Shown: piece by piece, positions 36,206-49,469 of the stretch | How positions within the stretch are numbered: position 1 is the stretch's first letter | Layout: each line of letters starts with the position of its first letter | DNA from: Actinomycetes bacterium | Lineage (GTDB): Bacteria; Actinomycetota; Actinomycetes; JAHEKZ01 | Assembly (NCBI GenBank): GCA_024644435.1 | Contig: JAHEKZ010000001.1 | Coordinates: 1,703 to 65,702, forward strand | Reading direction: 5' to 3' | DNA length: 64,000 nucleotides | Made by a program: the position numbers and the translations under genes | The notes under the pieces: generated by a model | Databases searched by the model: none | What the model saw: only the letters and a program-made list of their open reading frames with translations | Told to the model about the DNA's origin: nothing

Positions 36206-37207
36206 TCAGCCACCGATCGCTGACATGGGCCGCGGTGGCGGCAGAAAGGTCGGGTCATCGATCCCATGTCCGGCGCGCTTGGTGGCCAGACAGGCCTGCA
36301 TCAGCCTCACGATCTCGTCGTCGGTTGCACCCCGACGCATCGGCTCCCGCAGGTCGGTCTCAGTCTGTGCGAAGAGACAGTTGCGGAGCTGGCCGTCGCT
36401 GGTAAGTCGCACGCGGTCGCAGGACGAGCAGAAGGGCCTGGTCACCGAGCCGATGACTCCGACCGTTCCGCGCACCTCACCATCGGCGCCGAGCACATTC
36501 CAGGTCTCGGCCGGCTCGCTGCCGCGTGGCGTGGACGACTGTTCGAGCGTGTAGGCCGCTTCGAGCTGCTGCAAGATCGCCGCAGCCTCGACCATCTCCG
36601 CACGCGTCCAGGCGTGTTGCGCATCCAGTGGCATCTGCTCGATGAACCGAAGTGCCAAGCCGGCGTCGAGCGCCCATTCGACCAGCGGCAGCACCTCGTC
36701 GTCATTGATCGAGCGCATCAGCACCGTGTTGATCTTGATGGGCGTGAGCCCAGCCTGCTGGGCCGCAGACACGCCGGCAAGAACATCGGCAAGCCGGTCG
36801 CGTCGCGTCAGAGTGCGGAACCGCTCGGCATCGAGTGTGTCGAGCGAGACGTTGATCCGAGTCAGCCCGGCGTCCTTGAGCCGCTGTGCCCTTGTCGTCA
36901 GGCCGATGCCGTTGGTGGTCAAGGAGAGCGAAGGCGGGTCAGGCAGGCCGGCAACACCGGCAATGATCTGTTCGAGGTCTGGACGGACCAGGGGTTCCCC
37001 GCCGGTGAACCGGACCTCTTGGACGCCCTGGTCGACAGCGAGCCGCACCAGCCGAACGAGCTCTTCGGCAGACAGCAGGTCCTCACCAGGGATCCAGTCG
37101 AGCCCCTCTGGAGGCATGCAGTAGGTACATCGCAGGTTGCATCGATCGGTCACTGACACCCGTAGGTCAGTGGCCACCCGGCCGAACGCGTCTTCCAGCA
37201 TTGCCAC
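36206..37207 (-). CDS. moaA: GTP 3',8-cyclase (molybdenum cofactor biosynthesis protein A)
   Basis: Radical-SAM CxxxCxxC (DRCNLRCTYCMP) and C-terminal 4Fe-4S cysteines (CSSCDRVRLTSDG). Confidence 0.9.
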   Translation of the reverse strand: MAMLEDAFGRVATDLRVSVTDRCNLRCTYCMPPEGLDWIPGEDLLSAEELVRLVRLAVDQGVQEVRFTGGEPLVRPDLEQIIAGVAGLPDPPSLSLTTNGIGLTTRAQRLKDAGLTRINVSLDTLDAERFRTLTRRDRLADVLAGVSAAQQAGLTPIKINTVLMRSINDDEVLPLVEWALDAGLALRFIEQMPLDAQHAWTRAEMVEAAAILQQLEAAYTLEQSSTPRGSEPAETWNVLGADGEVRGTVGVIGSVTRPFCSSCDRVRLTSDGQLRNCLFAQTETDLREPMRRGATDDEIVRLMQACLATKRAGHGIDDPTFLPPPRPMSAIGG

Positions 37208-37223
37208 AGGCTACCGTCGACCC

Positions 37224-38009
37224 GTGATCGCGCTCCTTCGGCAGCCGCGCTGGCTCGGCCTGGCCGCCCTCACCGTCGGCATGTGCGTTCTCTTTTGGTG
37301 GCTCGGGACGTGGCAGTGGGGGCGTCACGTCGAGCGGTCGGAGCGGAACGCGTCGATCAACGCGGCCCTCACCGCCGACCCTGCGCCCCTGCGGTCAGTG
37401 GTCACAGAACCCGCCAGCACGCCTGAGGCGGCCGTCTACCGCCGGGTAACGACTTCTGGGACCTACCTCGCCGACCAGCAGGTGCTCCAGCGCAACCCCC
37501 TGGGTCGCTCTGGCTTTGCTGTCGTCACACCGTTGGCACTGGACGCCGGCGGGACGCTGGTGGTCGAGCGCGGCTGGGTGGCGACATCTTCATCAGATCC
37601 TAATACCGCGGCAGCCGACGTGACTCCGCCAGCGGGATCGGTCACCGTGACGGTCCGGCTCAGAGCGCCGCAGGCGTCGTCTGGCCGCCAAGGACCCGAC
37701 GGCCAGATCTACGACATCGACCCGAAGACCCTCGCCGGACTGCCAGCACCTGTCTATGCGCTCTACGGGGAACTGGTGGAGCAGTCCCCTCCCCCTGATC
37801 CCGCACTCGAGCTTCCGGAGGCCAGCGACACCGGTATCGGGGTCCACCTGTTCTACGCCATCCAGTGGTGGATGTTCATAGCGATCGCGATCATCGGGTT
37901 CTTCGCACTGCTTCGACGGGAAAGTCGCAGTGAGCCGCAGAGAGAAGGCGGCGACACGCACGGTGAGCTGCCACGCCAGGAAGCCGGGCGGACCCGAGAT
38001 CTCAACTAG
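37224..38009 (+). CDS. SURF1-family cytochrome oxidase assembly protein
   Basis: N- and C-terminal TM helices flank a periplasmic domain (LLRQPRWLGLAALTVGMCVLFWWLGTWQWGRHVE…FYAIQWWMFIAIAI). The start was trimmed to the GTG at 37224 to avoid a 5' overlap with moaA. Confidence 0.6.
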   Translation: MIALLRQPRWLGLAALTVGMCVLFWWLGTWQWGRHVERSERNASINAALTADPAPLRSVVTEPASTPEAAVYRRVTTSGTYLADQQVLQRNPLGRSGFAVVTPLALDAGGTLVVERGWVATSSSDPNTAAADVTPPAGSVTVTVRLRAPQASSGRQGPDGQIYDIDPKTLAGLPAPVYALYGELVEQSPPPDPALELPEASDTGIGVHLFYAIQWWMFIAIAIIGFFALLRRESRSEPQREGGDTHGELPRQEAGRTRDLN

Positions 38010-38054
38010 TCTCGTGTCGGCGACGACCCGACAACCCGACCGAAGGAGGCCGCC

Positions 38055-38813
38055 ATGGATCTCGGACTGAGCGACCGGGTGTTCGTGGTCACCGGTGGCA
38101 GCAGAGGACTCGGTCGAGCCACCGCCGAGGTGCTCGTCGCGGAAGGAGCGAAGGTCGTCCTTGCTGCGCGCGACCCTCAACAGCTCAACGCCACCGTCGC
38201 GTCCCTTGGCCCTGAGCGGTCGTTCGGGGTGCCGACCGATCTCGCCGAGACCGGTGCCGAGCAACGGCTCATCGCCGCGGCCGTGGCGCGCTACGGCCGA
38301 ATCGATGGTGCGCTCCTGTCCTGTGGCGGTCCACCGGTCGGCACGATGCTGGAGACCAGTGATGACACCTGGCGGGCCGCGTTCGAGTCGGTCTTCCTCG
38401 GCCCCCTCCGTACGGCGCGCGCTCTTGCCTCCACGATGGACGAAGGCGGCGCCCTTGCCTTCGTGCTGAGCAGCTCGGCACGTGAACCCATTCCGGGGCT
38501 GTCGGTCTCGAACGGCCTCCGGCCCGGCCTGAGCGCCGTAGTCAAGGATCTGGCCGATGAGCTGGCTCCCCGTGCCATCCGCGTGAACGGCCTGATCCCC
38601 GGTCGGATCAACACCGACCGCACCCGTGAGCTCGACACCAAGGCCGGTCGCGGTGACTCCGCCAGACGCCGACACGAGGCGGCCATTCCCCTGGCCAGGT
38701 ACGGCGACCCGATCGAGTTCGGCACCGTGGCCGCCTTCGTGCTGTCAGCAGCCGCCTCGTACCTCACCGGGGCTCTGGTCCCCGTCGACGGAGGCGCGCA
38801 GCGTTCTTTGTAG
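38055..38813 (+). CDS. SDR-family oxidoreductase
   Basis: TGGSRGLG cofactor motif. Confidence 0.85.
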   Translation: MDLGLSDRVFVVTGGSRGLGRATAEVLVAEGAKVVLAARDPQQLNATVASLGPERSFGVPTDLAETGAEQRLIAAAVARYGRIDGALLSCGGPPVGTMLETSDDTWRAAFESVFLGPLRTARALASTMDEGGALAFVLSSSAREPIPGLSVSNGLRPGLSAVVKDLADELAPRAIRVNGLIPGRINTDRTRELDTKAGRGDSARRRHEAAIPLARYGDPIEFGTVAAFVLSAAASYLTGALVPVDGGAQRSL

Positions 38814-38837
38814 CCGGGGGGACTCTTCGACGGCCGT

Positions 38838-40700
38838 CTACAGCTGCGGGGCCAGTTGAGTGCGGTACAGATCGGCGTACAACCCGCCTTGTGCCAGCAG
38901 TGCGTCATGGCTGCCGCGTTCGACGACCCGCCCGTCATCGACCACCAGAATTTGGTCGGCTGCGCGGACCGTTGACAGCCGGTGAGCAATCACCAGTGAG
39001 GTTCGACCTTCCAGGGCGGTGTCCAGGGCCTCTTGGACGAAGCGCTCTGACTCACTGTCGAGGTGCGCGGTGGCCTCGTCGAGAATGACAACAGCCGGTG
39101 ACTTGAGCAGCAGTCGTGCGATGGCAAGCCGCTGCTTCTCGCCTCCAGAGAGCCGGTGACCCCGGTCGCCAACAACCGTGCCCAGCTGATCCGGCAGCGA
39201 GCGGACGAGTGTGTCGATCCGAGCCGAACGCAAGGCGTCCCACATCTGCTCCGTGGTCGCTCCCGGTGCGGCGTAGCGCAGATTCACCTCGATCGTGTCG
39301 TGGAACAGGTGAGCATCCTGCGTGACGACGCCGACCGACTTCTGCAGCGACGACAACGTCGCGTCACGGACATCGGTGCCGCCGACGAGGACGCGCCCGG
39401 ACGTCACGTCGTACAGCCGGCACACCAGGGAGGTCAGGGTCGTCTTGCCGGCACCTGAAGGCCCCACGAGCGCCACCATCTGACCCGGGGCTACCTCCAG
39501 GTCGATGTCGTGCAGTACCGGCCCTCCAGGTGCGCTCTCGGTGCGCGCCACAGCCTCGAGTGAGGCCAGCGAGACCTCTTCTGGGCGCGGGTACGAGAAG
39601 GAGACACCCTCGAACCGCACGCTTGCCGGCCCGGCCGGAAGGTCGACCGCGTTCGGGCGATCGGCGATCATCGGTTTGAGGTCGAGCACCTCGAACACCC
39701 GCTCAAAGCTCACCAGGGCCGTCATGATGTCGACCCGCACGTTCGAGAGGGATGTCAAAGGACCGTAGAGCCGCCCCAGCAGGGCCGCCAGCGCAACCAG
39801 CGTGCCTACCGTCAGTGTGCCGTCGATCGCGAGCACACCGCCTACGCCGTACACGAGCGCCGTGGCGAGTGACGCGATCAGCGTGAGGGCCGTGAAGAAT
39901 GCTCGGTTCGCCATCGCGATCCGAATCCCGATATCGGCGACCCGCCTGGCGCGGCCGCTGAAGTCGGCCGCCTCTTCGTCCGGCCGACCGAAGAGCTTGA
40001 CCAAGAGAGCGCCAGACACGTTGAAGCGCTCGGTCATGGTCGAGCTCATCTCGGCGTTGAGCTGCATAGCCTCCCGTGACATCTCAGCCAACCTTCGCCC
40101 CACGTAGCGGGCCGGCACCAGGAAGACCGGAAGCAGGATGAGCGCAGCCAACGTGATCTGCCAGGACAGCGCCAGCATGGCAATCGTGACGACGACCAGA
40201 CTGATCACATTCGAGACCACGCTGGACAGCGTCGTGGTGAAGGCCTGCTGTGCGCCGATGACGTCACTGTTCAGCCGCGAGATCAGAGCGCCCGTCTGGG
40301 TGCGCACGAAGAAGGCCAACGGCATGCGCTGCACATGGTCGAACACCTGGCTGCGCAGGTCGTAGATCAGTCCTTCACCGATCCGGGCCGAGTACCACCG
40401 CAGGATGAGCGAGAGCCCAGCATCGAAGACAGCCAGTCCGGCGACGATCAGGGCCAACGTCACCACCAGCTGCTTGTTTCCCGGCGTGACACCGTCGTCG
40501 ATCAGCCGTTGCAGAAGAAGTGGACTAGCCACGACCAGGAGTGCGTCGACGACGGTGAGCCCCAGGAAGAAGCCGATCGGACGCCGGTACGGGCTGGCGT
40601 ACCCGGCCACTCTGGGCACAGTGCCTGGGGCCAGCTTCTGCTCGGCGACGCTGCCGTCACGGGCGAAAGAGCGCAGCGTGTGCCAGTTGTTGGTGCTCAT
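38838..40700 (-). CDS. ABC exporter with fused permease and ATPase (MsbA-like)
   Basis: Six-TM domain followed by an NBD (GPSGAGKTT, LSGGEKQRLAIAR, VILDEATAHLD). Confidence 0.85.
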   Translation of the reverse strand: MSTNNWHTLRSFARDGSVAEQKLAPGTVPRVAGYASPYRRPIGFFLGLTVVDALLVVASPLLLQRLIDDGVTPGNKQLVVTLALIVAGLAVFDAGLSLILRWYSARIGEGLIYDLRSQVFDHVQRMPLAFFVRTQTGALISRLNSDVIGAQQAFTTTLSSVVSNVISLVVVTIAMLALSWQITLAALILLPVFLVPARYVGRRLAEMSREAMQLNAEMSSTMTERFNVSGALLVKLFGRPDEEAADFSGRARRVADIGIRIAMANRAFFTALTLIASLATALVYGVGGVLAIDGTLTVGTLVALAALLGRLYGPLTSLSNVRVDIMTALVSFERVFEVLDLKPMIADRPNAVDLPAGPASVRFEGVSFSYPRPEEVSLASLEAVARTESAPGGPVLHDIDLEVAPGQMVALVGPSGAGKTTLTSLVCRLYDVTSGRVLVGGTDVRDATLSSLQKSVGVVTQDAHLFHDTIEVNLRYAAPGATTEQMWDALRSARIDTLVRSLPDQLGTVVGDRGHRLSGGEKQRLAIARLLLKSPAVVILDEATAHLDSESERFVQEALDTALEGRTSLVIAHRLSTVRAADQILVVDDGRVVERGSHDALLAQGGLYADLYRTQLAPQL

Positions 40701-40819
40701 CGGCCCTCCGGTAAGGCATTCGGCGCACAGTACGTCCGCGCCACCCTATGAGCACTAAGGACGGCTCCGGCCGATCCCTTCCCTACTACGCCAACGGCGA
40801 ACGGCACAGCGCGCAGCCC

Positions 40820-40843
40820 AGCCGGGCTGCCGGCGGCCCGGCT
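40820..40843 (-). terminator. Candidate stem-loop downstream of the small HTH gene (AGCCGGGC tgccggcg GCCCGGCT)
   Basis: 8-bp GC-rich stem with an 8-nt loop, 12 nt past the stop codon of the 40855-41061 gene. No U-tract. Confidence 0.3.
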
Positions 40844-40854
40844 CGGCTGCAGGC

Positions 40855-41061
40855 CTACTTCTTGGTCCGCGTCGCTCCGCCGCGACCGCGCAGGGTTGCA
40901 CCTGACTCCAGCAGCACGCGATGGACGAAACCGTAGGAACGCCCAGTGTCAGCCGCGATCGCCCGAATGCTCCGACCCTGCTCGTACTGGCTGCGGAGCT
41001 CGCCTGAAAGTGACCCCCGCTCGTCGCCGGTGATGCGCCGACCCTTGGTCAGTTGTGCCAC
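40855..41061 (-). CDS. Small helix-turn-helix DNA-binding protein (Rv1473A-like)
   Basis: 68 aa (GRSIRAIAADTGRSYGFVHRVL HTH), downstream of an ABC-F gene. Confidence 0.6.
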   Translation of the reverse strand: MAQLTKGRRITGDERGSLSGELRSQYEQGRSIRAIAADTGRSYGFVHRVLLESGATLRGRGGATRTKK

Positions 41062-41139
41062 GTCCGCCTCCTGATCGTGTGTTCCTTCCCTCGATCATGC
41101 GGGCAGATGGGCAGTCCGGCCACTTGAAAACGTCACTCC

Positions 41140-42738
41140 TCAGGCAAGAGAAATCAGATCGGCGTAGTCGGCCGACCAGTGGTCCTCAACGCCGTCCGGA
41201 AGCAGGATCAAACGCTCCGGGGCCAGTGCCTCGACCGCGCCCTCATCGTGGGTGACCAGGACGATGGCTCCGGGGTAGCGAGTCAGCGCAGCCAGAATCT
41301 CATCTCGGCTGGCCGGGTCGAGGTTGTTCGTCGGCTCGTCGAGCAGCAGCACGTTGGCACTCGACACCACCAGGCATGCCAACGCCAGTCGGGTCTTCTC
41401 ACCACCGGAGAGCGTTCCTGCCGGTTGGTAGACGGTCTCACCGATGAAGAGAAACCCGCCCAGCAAACTACGTGCATCTGCCTCGCTGAGGCTCGGAGAG
41501 GCGGTCAGCAGGTTCTCGAGCACACTCCGGGCGGGGTCCAAGGTCTCGTGCTCCTGGGCGTAGTAGCCCAGGAGCAGCCCATGGCCGGCGTCGACCGAAC
41601 CCGTGTCGGGCTCCTCGACGCCGGCGAGCATCCGCAACAACGTGGTCTTGCCCGCACCGTTGAGCCCCAGCACCACAACACGTGAACCGCGGTCGACCGC
41701 GAGATCGACGTCGGTGAACACCTCGAGCGAGCCGTAGGACTTCGACAGCGACTGGGCGGTGAGCGGCGTACGCCCGCACGCCGCGGGCTCGGGGAACCGA
41801 ATCTTGGCGACGCGATCGTTCATGCGGGCACCCTCGAGGGCGTCGGTCAGTCGGTCAGCCCTCCGCAGCATTCCTTGAGCCGCTTTCGCCTTGGTCGCCT
41901 TCGCGCGCATGCGCTCGGCCTGGTCACGCAGCGCGGTCGCCTGTTTCTCGGCATTGCTCCGCTCGCGGCGACGCCGACGTTCGTCGGTCTCCCGTTGCTG
42001 GAGGTAGGCCTTCCACCCCACGTTGTAGACATCGAGCTCGGCCCGGTTGGCGTCAAGGTGAAAGACCCGGTTGACGGTCTGGTCGAGTAGCTCGACATCG
42101 TGCGAGATGACCACGATGCCCCCCGCAAACGCACGCAGGAACTCGCGGAGCCAGACAACGGAGTCGGCGTCGAGGTGGTTCGTGGGTTCGTCGAGCAGGA
42201 GGGTCTCGGCATCACTGAAGAGGATCCGCGCCAGCTCCACTCGTCGACGCTGCCCGCCAGACAAGGTCCCGAGCGGCTGGCCCAGCTCACGGTCGGTCAA
42301 ACCCAGACTCGCGGCGATCCGGGCCGCCTCTGACTCGGCGGCGTACCCGCCGGCCGCCGTGAACTCAGCGTCGAGGCGCGAGTATCGGCGCATCGCACGT
42401 TCCCTGCTCTCGTCGTCGGCACTGGCCATGCCTCGTTCAGCAGCGCGAAGCTGCTCCGTGATCGCGTCGAGGGACCGTGCACTCAAAATGCGCGTCGAAG
42501 CATGTTGATCCAGATCGCCGGTCCGCGGGTCCTGTGGGAGGTAGCCGATTCGCCCGACCCGTTGGACCGTTCCGGACGCGGGCTCACCCTCGCCAGCCAG
42601 CACCCGGGTGAGCGTGGTCTTCCCTGCGCCGTTCCGCCCGACCAGGCCCACCTTCTCACCGGCGGCGAGCCGGAAGCTGGTGTGCTGCAGCAACAGGCGG
42701 GAACCTGCACGCAGCTCGACATCGGCAGCACTGATCAT
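41140..42738 (-). CDS. ABC-F family ATPase (two NBDs joined by a linker, no TM domain)
   Basis: Two Walker A/signature/Walker B sets (GRNGAGKTT…LSGGQRRRVELAR…LLLDEPTNHLD, and GLNGAGKTT…LSGGEKTRLALA…LLLDEPTNNLD). Trimmed from 603 aa to the ATG at 42736-42738. Confidence 0.85.
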   Translation of the reverse strand: MISAADVELRAGSRLLLQHTSFRLAAGEKVGLVGRNGAGKTTLTRVLAGEGEPASGTVQRVGRIGYLPQDPRTGDLDQHASTRILSARSLDAITEQLRAAERGMASADDESRERAMRRYSRLDAEFTAAGGYAAESEAARIAASLGLTDRELGQPLGTLSGGQRRRVELARILFSDAETLLLDEPTNHLDADSVVWLREFLRAFAGGIVVISHDVELLDQTVNRVFHLDANRAELDVYNVGWKAYLQQRETDERRRRRERSNAEKQATALRDQAERMRAKATKAKAAQGMLRRADRLTDALEGARMNDRVAKIRFPEPAACGRTPLTAQSLSKSYGSLEVFTDVDLAVDRGSRVVVLGLNGAGKTTLLRMLAGVEEPDTGSVDAGHGLLLGYYAQEHETLDPARSVLENLLTASPSLSEADARSLLGGFLFIGETVYQPAGTLSGGEKTRLALACLVVSSANVLLLDEPTNNLDPASRDEILAALTRYPGAIVLVTHDEGAVEALAPERLILLPDGVEDHWSADYADLISLA

Positions 42739-42805
42739 CTGGTCAGTATGGCGAGGACAGGTTGTAGGAGACGAATCGGTTTCGTCTGCCGAGAGACGGG
42801 AGCGG

Positions 42806-43124
42806 TTAGACGTTGAAGCCGAGTGCCCGCAGCTGCTCGCGTCCGTCGTCGGTGATCTTGTCCGGCCCCCAGGGGGGCATCCACACCCAGTTGATCCGCA
42901 CCCCGTCGACGAACGGGCTGAGGGCGACCTGGGTCTGGTCCTCGATGACATCGGTCAACGGACACGCTGCCGACGTCAGGGTCATGTCGATCACCGCTGT
43001 GTTCGCCTCGTCCACCGTGATGCCGTACACGAGCCCCAGATCGACGACATTGATACCGAGCTCGGGGTCGACGACGTCGCGCATCGCCTCGGTCAGGTCG
43101 TCGCCGCTCGCGGTCAGAACAGCT

Positions 43125-43132
<8 letters not shown>
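42806..43132 (-). CDS. sufT: Fe-S cluster assembly protein SufT (DUF59/MIP18 family)
   Basis: DVVDPELGINVVDLGLVY…TLTSAACP motif at the end of the suf operon. Confidence 0.8.
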
Positions 43133-45722
<2,590 letters not shown>

Positions 45723-45726
<4 letters not shown>

Positions 45727-46055
45727 GACAGATCACTGCTCCTGGTGGTGACGAAGACGGTTCCGTCTTCGACTTTGACGGGATAGACGGGTACGGGATC
45801 GGTAGCTGGCAGGGAGAGCGGTTTGCCGGTACGAAGGTCGAACTGAGAGCCGTGCAGCCAGCACTCGAGCGAACAGCCGTCGACCTCACCCTCCGACAGC
45901 GACACCTGGCCATGGGAGCAGATGTCGTTGATCGCGAACACCTCTCCCTCGGTGAGCACGACAGCAATGGTGACGTCGTCGACGACGGCCTTGTGCGGCT
46001 CACCGTCAGCCAAGTCGTCGAGGGTGAACACCGCGACGAAGTTCTCTGTGGTCAC
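45723..46055 (-). CDS. Rieske [2Fe-2S] domain protein embedded in the suf operon
   Basis: CSHGQVSL…CWLHGSQF Rieske ligand boxes. Confidence 0.8.
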
Positions 46056-47209
46056 GACGATGAGACCCTTTCCAGTTCATTTTCGAGTGCCGATTTCAGC
46101 CGGTCGGTGACGAAGGGCACACCGATCCGGTCGCGCAGCTCGGCGAAGAAGCCCGTGACCACCAGCCGGCGTGCCTCGAGCTCAGGGATCCCGCGAGCCA
46201 TCAGGTAGAAGAGCTGGTCGTCGTCGAGCCGGCCAGTAACGCTCGCGTGACCGGCGCTGGCCACGTCTCCGGTTTCGATCTCGAGATTGGGAACCGAGTC
46301 TGCGCGAGGGCCTTCCGAGAGCAACAAGTTGCGGTTGATCTCGTACGTCTCGGTGCCGACGGCGCCGGCCCGGATGAGCACATCTCCGATCCAGACCGAG
46401 TGTGCTCGCTCACCGACCAGGGCGCCCCGGTAGTTGACGTTGCTGCGGCAGTGCGGCTCGCTGTGGTCGACAAAGATCCGGTGCTCGTGGTGCTGACCTG
46501 GGTCGGTGAAGAAAAGACCCAGAAGCTCAACGTCTCCCCCGGGGCCCGCGAAGGTGACCTCGGGGGTCACCCGCACCACCTCGCCCCCCAGCGATACGAC
46601 AACGTGCACGACACGGGCATCGCGACCCACCTCGATGTGGTGTGCCGACAGGTGCACTGCGTCGACATCCCAGTCGAGCAGTGTGACAACGGTCAGGTGA
46701 CCTTGGTCGCCGACCCTGATCTCGACGTTGTCGGCGTACGTCGCCGACCCCACGTGGTCGAGCACAATCACAGCGGACGACAAAGCCTCGACGTGCAGCT
46801 GCAGGTGACCGAAATCAGCGCCTGGGCCCCCATTGCCGTGGGCACGGACCACAACAGGCTCAGCAACCTGCGTGTCGTGTGGCACCGTGAGGATCGTGGC
46901 AGTCTGTGATCCGGCGAAGGCGAGCGCGGCCACGCGATCGGCCGGCACACCCACCGATCCCAGCCGCGAGTCGCGATGGCCATCCTGATGTGACACCCGT
47001 TCGACCTTCACGTCGTTCGGTGCCGTGATGTCGAGCGTCACGCTGCCCGAGCCGGACAGGGCAACCAGATCGTCGGTCAGCAGGTCACGTAGCTGACCGA
47101 TCGGCGTGAAACGCCACTCTTCTTCGCGCCCCAAGGGGATCGCGAAGTCAGCCGGATCGAGCGAACGGCGTCGTTCGCTGCGGTCGACTGCTGGAACGTC
47201 CGATACCAC
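46052..47209 (-). CDS. sufD: Fe-S cluster assembly protein SufD
   Basis: SufB/D fold pattern and operon position between sufB and the Rieske gene. Confidence 0.85.
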   Translation of the reverse strand: MVSDVPAVDRSERRRSLDPADFAIPLGREEEWRFTPIGQLRDLLTDDLVALSGSGSVTLDITAPNDVKVERVSHQDGHRDSRLGSVGVPADRVAALAFAGSQTATILTVPHDTQVAEPVVVRAHGNGGPGADFGHLQLHVEALSSAVIVLDHVGSATYADNVEIRVGDQGHLTVVTLLDWDVDAVHLSAHHIEVGRDARVVHVVVSLGGEVVRVTPEVTFAGPGGDVELLGLFFTDPGQHHEHRIFVDHSEPHCRSNVNYRGALVGERAHSVWIGDVLIRAGAVGTETYEINRNLLLSEGPRADSVPNLEIETGDVASAGHASVTGRLDDDQLFYLMARGIPELEARRLVVTGFFAELRDRIGVPFVTDRLKSALENELERVSSS

Positions 47210-47211
47210 TG

Positions 47212-48624
47212 TCAGCCCACCGCCCCTTCCATCTGCAGCTCGATCAGGCGGTTGAGCTCAAGGGCGTACTCCATGGGCAGCTCACGTGCAATCGGCTCGA
47301 CAAAGCCGCGAACGATCATGGCCATTGCCTCGTCCTCGGTCATGCCGCGGCTCATGAGGTAGAAGAGCTGGTCCTCGGAGAGCTTCGTGACGGTGGCCTC
47401 GTGACCCATGGCCACGTCGTCCTCACGGATGTCTGCGTAGGGGTACGTGTCGGATCGACTGATGTCGTCAACGAGGAGGGCGTCACACTTCACGGTCGAC
47501 TTCGATCCATGACAGCCTTCCTTGATCTGGACCAGACCGCGGTAGGAGGTGCGGCCTCCCCCGCGTGCGACGGACTTCGAGATCACGCTCGACGACGTGT
47601 TGGGTGCCGCATGCACCATCTTCGACCCTGCGTCCTGGTGCTGCCCCTCTCCCGCAAAGGCGACCGAGAGCGTCTCGCCCTTGGCATGCTCACCGACCAG
47701 CCAGACTGCCGGGTACTTCATGGTCACCTTCGAGCCGATGTTGCCGTCGACCCACTCCATCGTGGCGCCCTCGTGGGCAACCGCGCGCTTGGTCACCAAG
47801 TTGTAGACGTTGTTCGACCAGTTCTGGATCGTCGTGTAGCGGCAACGCGCGTTCTTCTTCACGATGATCTCGACGACCGCCGAGTGCAGCGAGTCGCTGG
47901 AGTAGATCGGTGCCGTGCAGCCTTCGACGTAGTGAACGTAGGCACCTTCATCGACGATGATGAGCGTGCGCTCGAACTGGCCCATGTTCTCGGTGTTGAT
48001 CCGGAAGTATGCCTGCAACGGGATCTCGACCTGGACGCCCTTGGGGACGTAGATGAACGATCCTCCGGACCACACCGCGCTGTTCAGCGCAGCAAACTTG
48101 TTGTCGCCGGAAGGGATGACCGAACCGAAGTACTCGCGAAAGAGCTCGGGCTGCTCACGCAGCGCGGTGTCGGTGTCGAGGAAGAGGACCCCCTGCTCTT
48201 CGAGGTCTTCGCGGATGGCGTGGTAGACCACCTCCGACTCGTACTGAGCGGCCACACCGGCAACGAGGCGCTGCTTCTCGGCCTCGGGGATGCCCAGCTT
48301 GTCGTACGTGTTCTTGATGTCCTCGGGTAGTTCCTCCCAGGACGTTGCCTGCTTCTCGGTCGACCGCACGAAGTACTTGATGTTGTCGAAATCGATGCCA
48401 GTGAGGTCTGAGCCCCAGGTCGGCATGGGCTTCTTACCGAACAGACGCAGGGCCTTGAGCCGGTAGTCGAGCATCCACTCCGGTTCGCTCTTCTTCGCCG
48501 AGATGTCGCGCACGACGGCCTCGGAGAGACCGCGCTGGGCACTAGTGCCCGCGACGTCCTTGTCGTGCCAACCGAACTCGTACGTGCCGAGGCCGTCGAG
48601 CTCAGGGTGGGCCGTGGTGCTCAT
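47212..48624 (-). CDS. sufB: Fe-S cluster assembly protein SufB
   Basis: Highly conserved SufB C-terminus (…[35 protein letters not shown]). Trimmed to the ATG at 48622-48624 (RBS GGAGAGG), which overlaps the sufR stop. Confidence 0.9.
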   Translation of the reverse strand: MSTTAHPELDGLGTYEFGWHDKDVAGTSAQRGLSEAVVRDISAKKSEPEWMLDYRLKALRLFGKKPMPTWGSDLTGIDFDNIKYFVRSTEKQATSWEELPEDIKNTYDKLGIPEAEKQRLVAGVAAQYESEVVYHAIREDLEEQGVLFLDTDTALREQPELFREYFGSVIPSGDNKFAALNSAVWSGGSFIYVPKGVQVEIPLQAYFRINTENMGQFERTLIIVDEGAYVHYVEGCTAPIYSSDSLHSAVVEIIVKKNARCRYTTIQNWSNNVYNLVTKRAVAHEGATMEWVDGNIGSKVTMKYPAVWLVGEHAKGETLSVAFAGEGQHQDAGSKMVHAAPNTSSSVISKSVARGGGRTSYRGLVQIKEGCHGSKSTVKCDALLVDDISRSDTYPYADIREDDVAMGHEATVTKLSEDQLFYLMSRGMTEDEAMAMIVRGFVEPIARELPMEYALELNRLIELQMEGAVG

Positions 48625-49406
48625 GCGGAGGTCCTCTCCGTCGTGGGTGAACCGTGAGGGGTGGTGATGCCGGGCGAGCTGCTGGTGAGCGGTATGACGG
48701 TGGTGCAGACACCGTCGCCGTGGGCGATGGTGGCCAGACGCTGCACGTGTCGGCCGAGGAGATGGGCGAATGCCTCGGTCTCGGCCTCGCACAGCTGCGG
48801 GTACTGGCCCGCAACATGCGCAACCGGGCAGTGGTGCTGGCAGACCTGGACGCCGCCGGGAGCGGGGTCGATGCTCGTGGCGAAGCCCAGGTCGCCGAGT
48901 GCAATGGCGAAGGCCCGCACCCGCTCAGCGTCCGACGATCTGGTCGAGACGGCATCGTTCTGCCAGGTCTCGCCGAGCAGGTCACGTAGCCGGGACTCGA
49001 GCGCTGCGGCCCGCGACTCCGCGAACTCCACGACCGCGGCCTGCCCCCCCACCTGTTCGACGAAGGCGAGGGCGTCTGCGGCCAGCTCGTCGTACTCGGC
49101 AGGGAACTGCGAACGACCCTCTTCGGTCAGCGCAAAGGTGCGCGCAGGACGGCCGCGACCGCGAGTCGGGGTCGGCCCGTAGGGCGGGCGTTCGGTCGAG
49201 GTGACCAACCCATCGGTGGTCAAGCTGTCGAGGTGACGACGTACCGCCGTTGAGCTGATCCCGAGGCGGTCGGCCAGCTGCGATGCGGTGGCCGGCCCCT
49301 GGGTGAGCAGTGAGGCAGCGACGCGATCACGCCCGGCACCGTCGGTCACCGGATCGGACGGCGACGAGGCCGTCCGCGGACCGGGATGCTGCCCAGCGAT
49401 TTTCAC
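48621..49406 (-). CDS. sufR: SUF operon transcriptional regulator SufR (ArsR-type HTH with C-terminal Fe-S-binding cysteines)
   Basis: Winged-helix N-terminus ([24 protein letters not shown]) and C-terminal cysteines ([10 protein letters not shown]…LCEAE). Confidence 0.75.
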   Translation of the reverse strand: MKIAGQHPGPRTASSPSDPVTDGAGRDRVAASLLTQGPATASQLADRLGISSTAVRRHLDSLTTDGLVTSTERPPYGPTPTRGRGRPARTFALTEEGRSQFPAEYDELAADALAFVEQVGGQAAVVEFAESRAAALESRLRDLLGETWQNDAVSTRSSDAERVRAFAIALGDLGFATSIDPAPGGVQVCQHHCPVAHVAGQYPQLCEAETEAFAHLLGRHVQRLATIAHGDGVCTTVIPLTSSSPGITTPHGSPTTERTSA

Positions 49407-49469
49407 AACCCCATTGTTGCGTAAAAGCCCGCCGCGTGCACCTCCGGGGGTCGTCTCTAGGCTCTGGGC

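Noticed and set aside
38809-38842. Inverted repeat TGTAGCCGG…CCGTCTACA between the convergent SDR and ABC exporter genes.
   Set aside because: It has a mismatch in an 8-9-bp stem and a 16-nt loop, so it is not convincing as a terminator.
49407-49469. AT-richer sufR/ABC divergent intergenic region (…gattttcacaaccccattgttgcgtaaaagc…) as a SufR operator.
   Set aside because: Only a weak CAAC-N6-GTTG dyad is present. Part of the AT-rich tract is the sufR start codon region itself. There is not enough support for a defined site.
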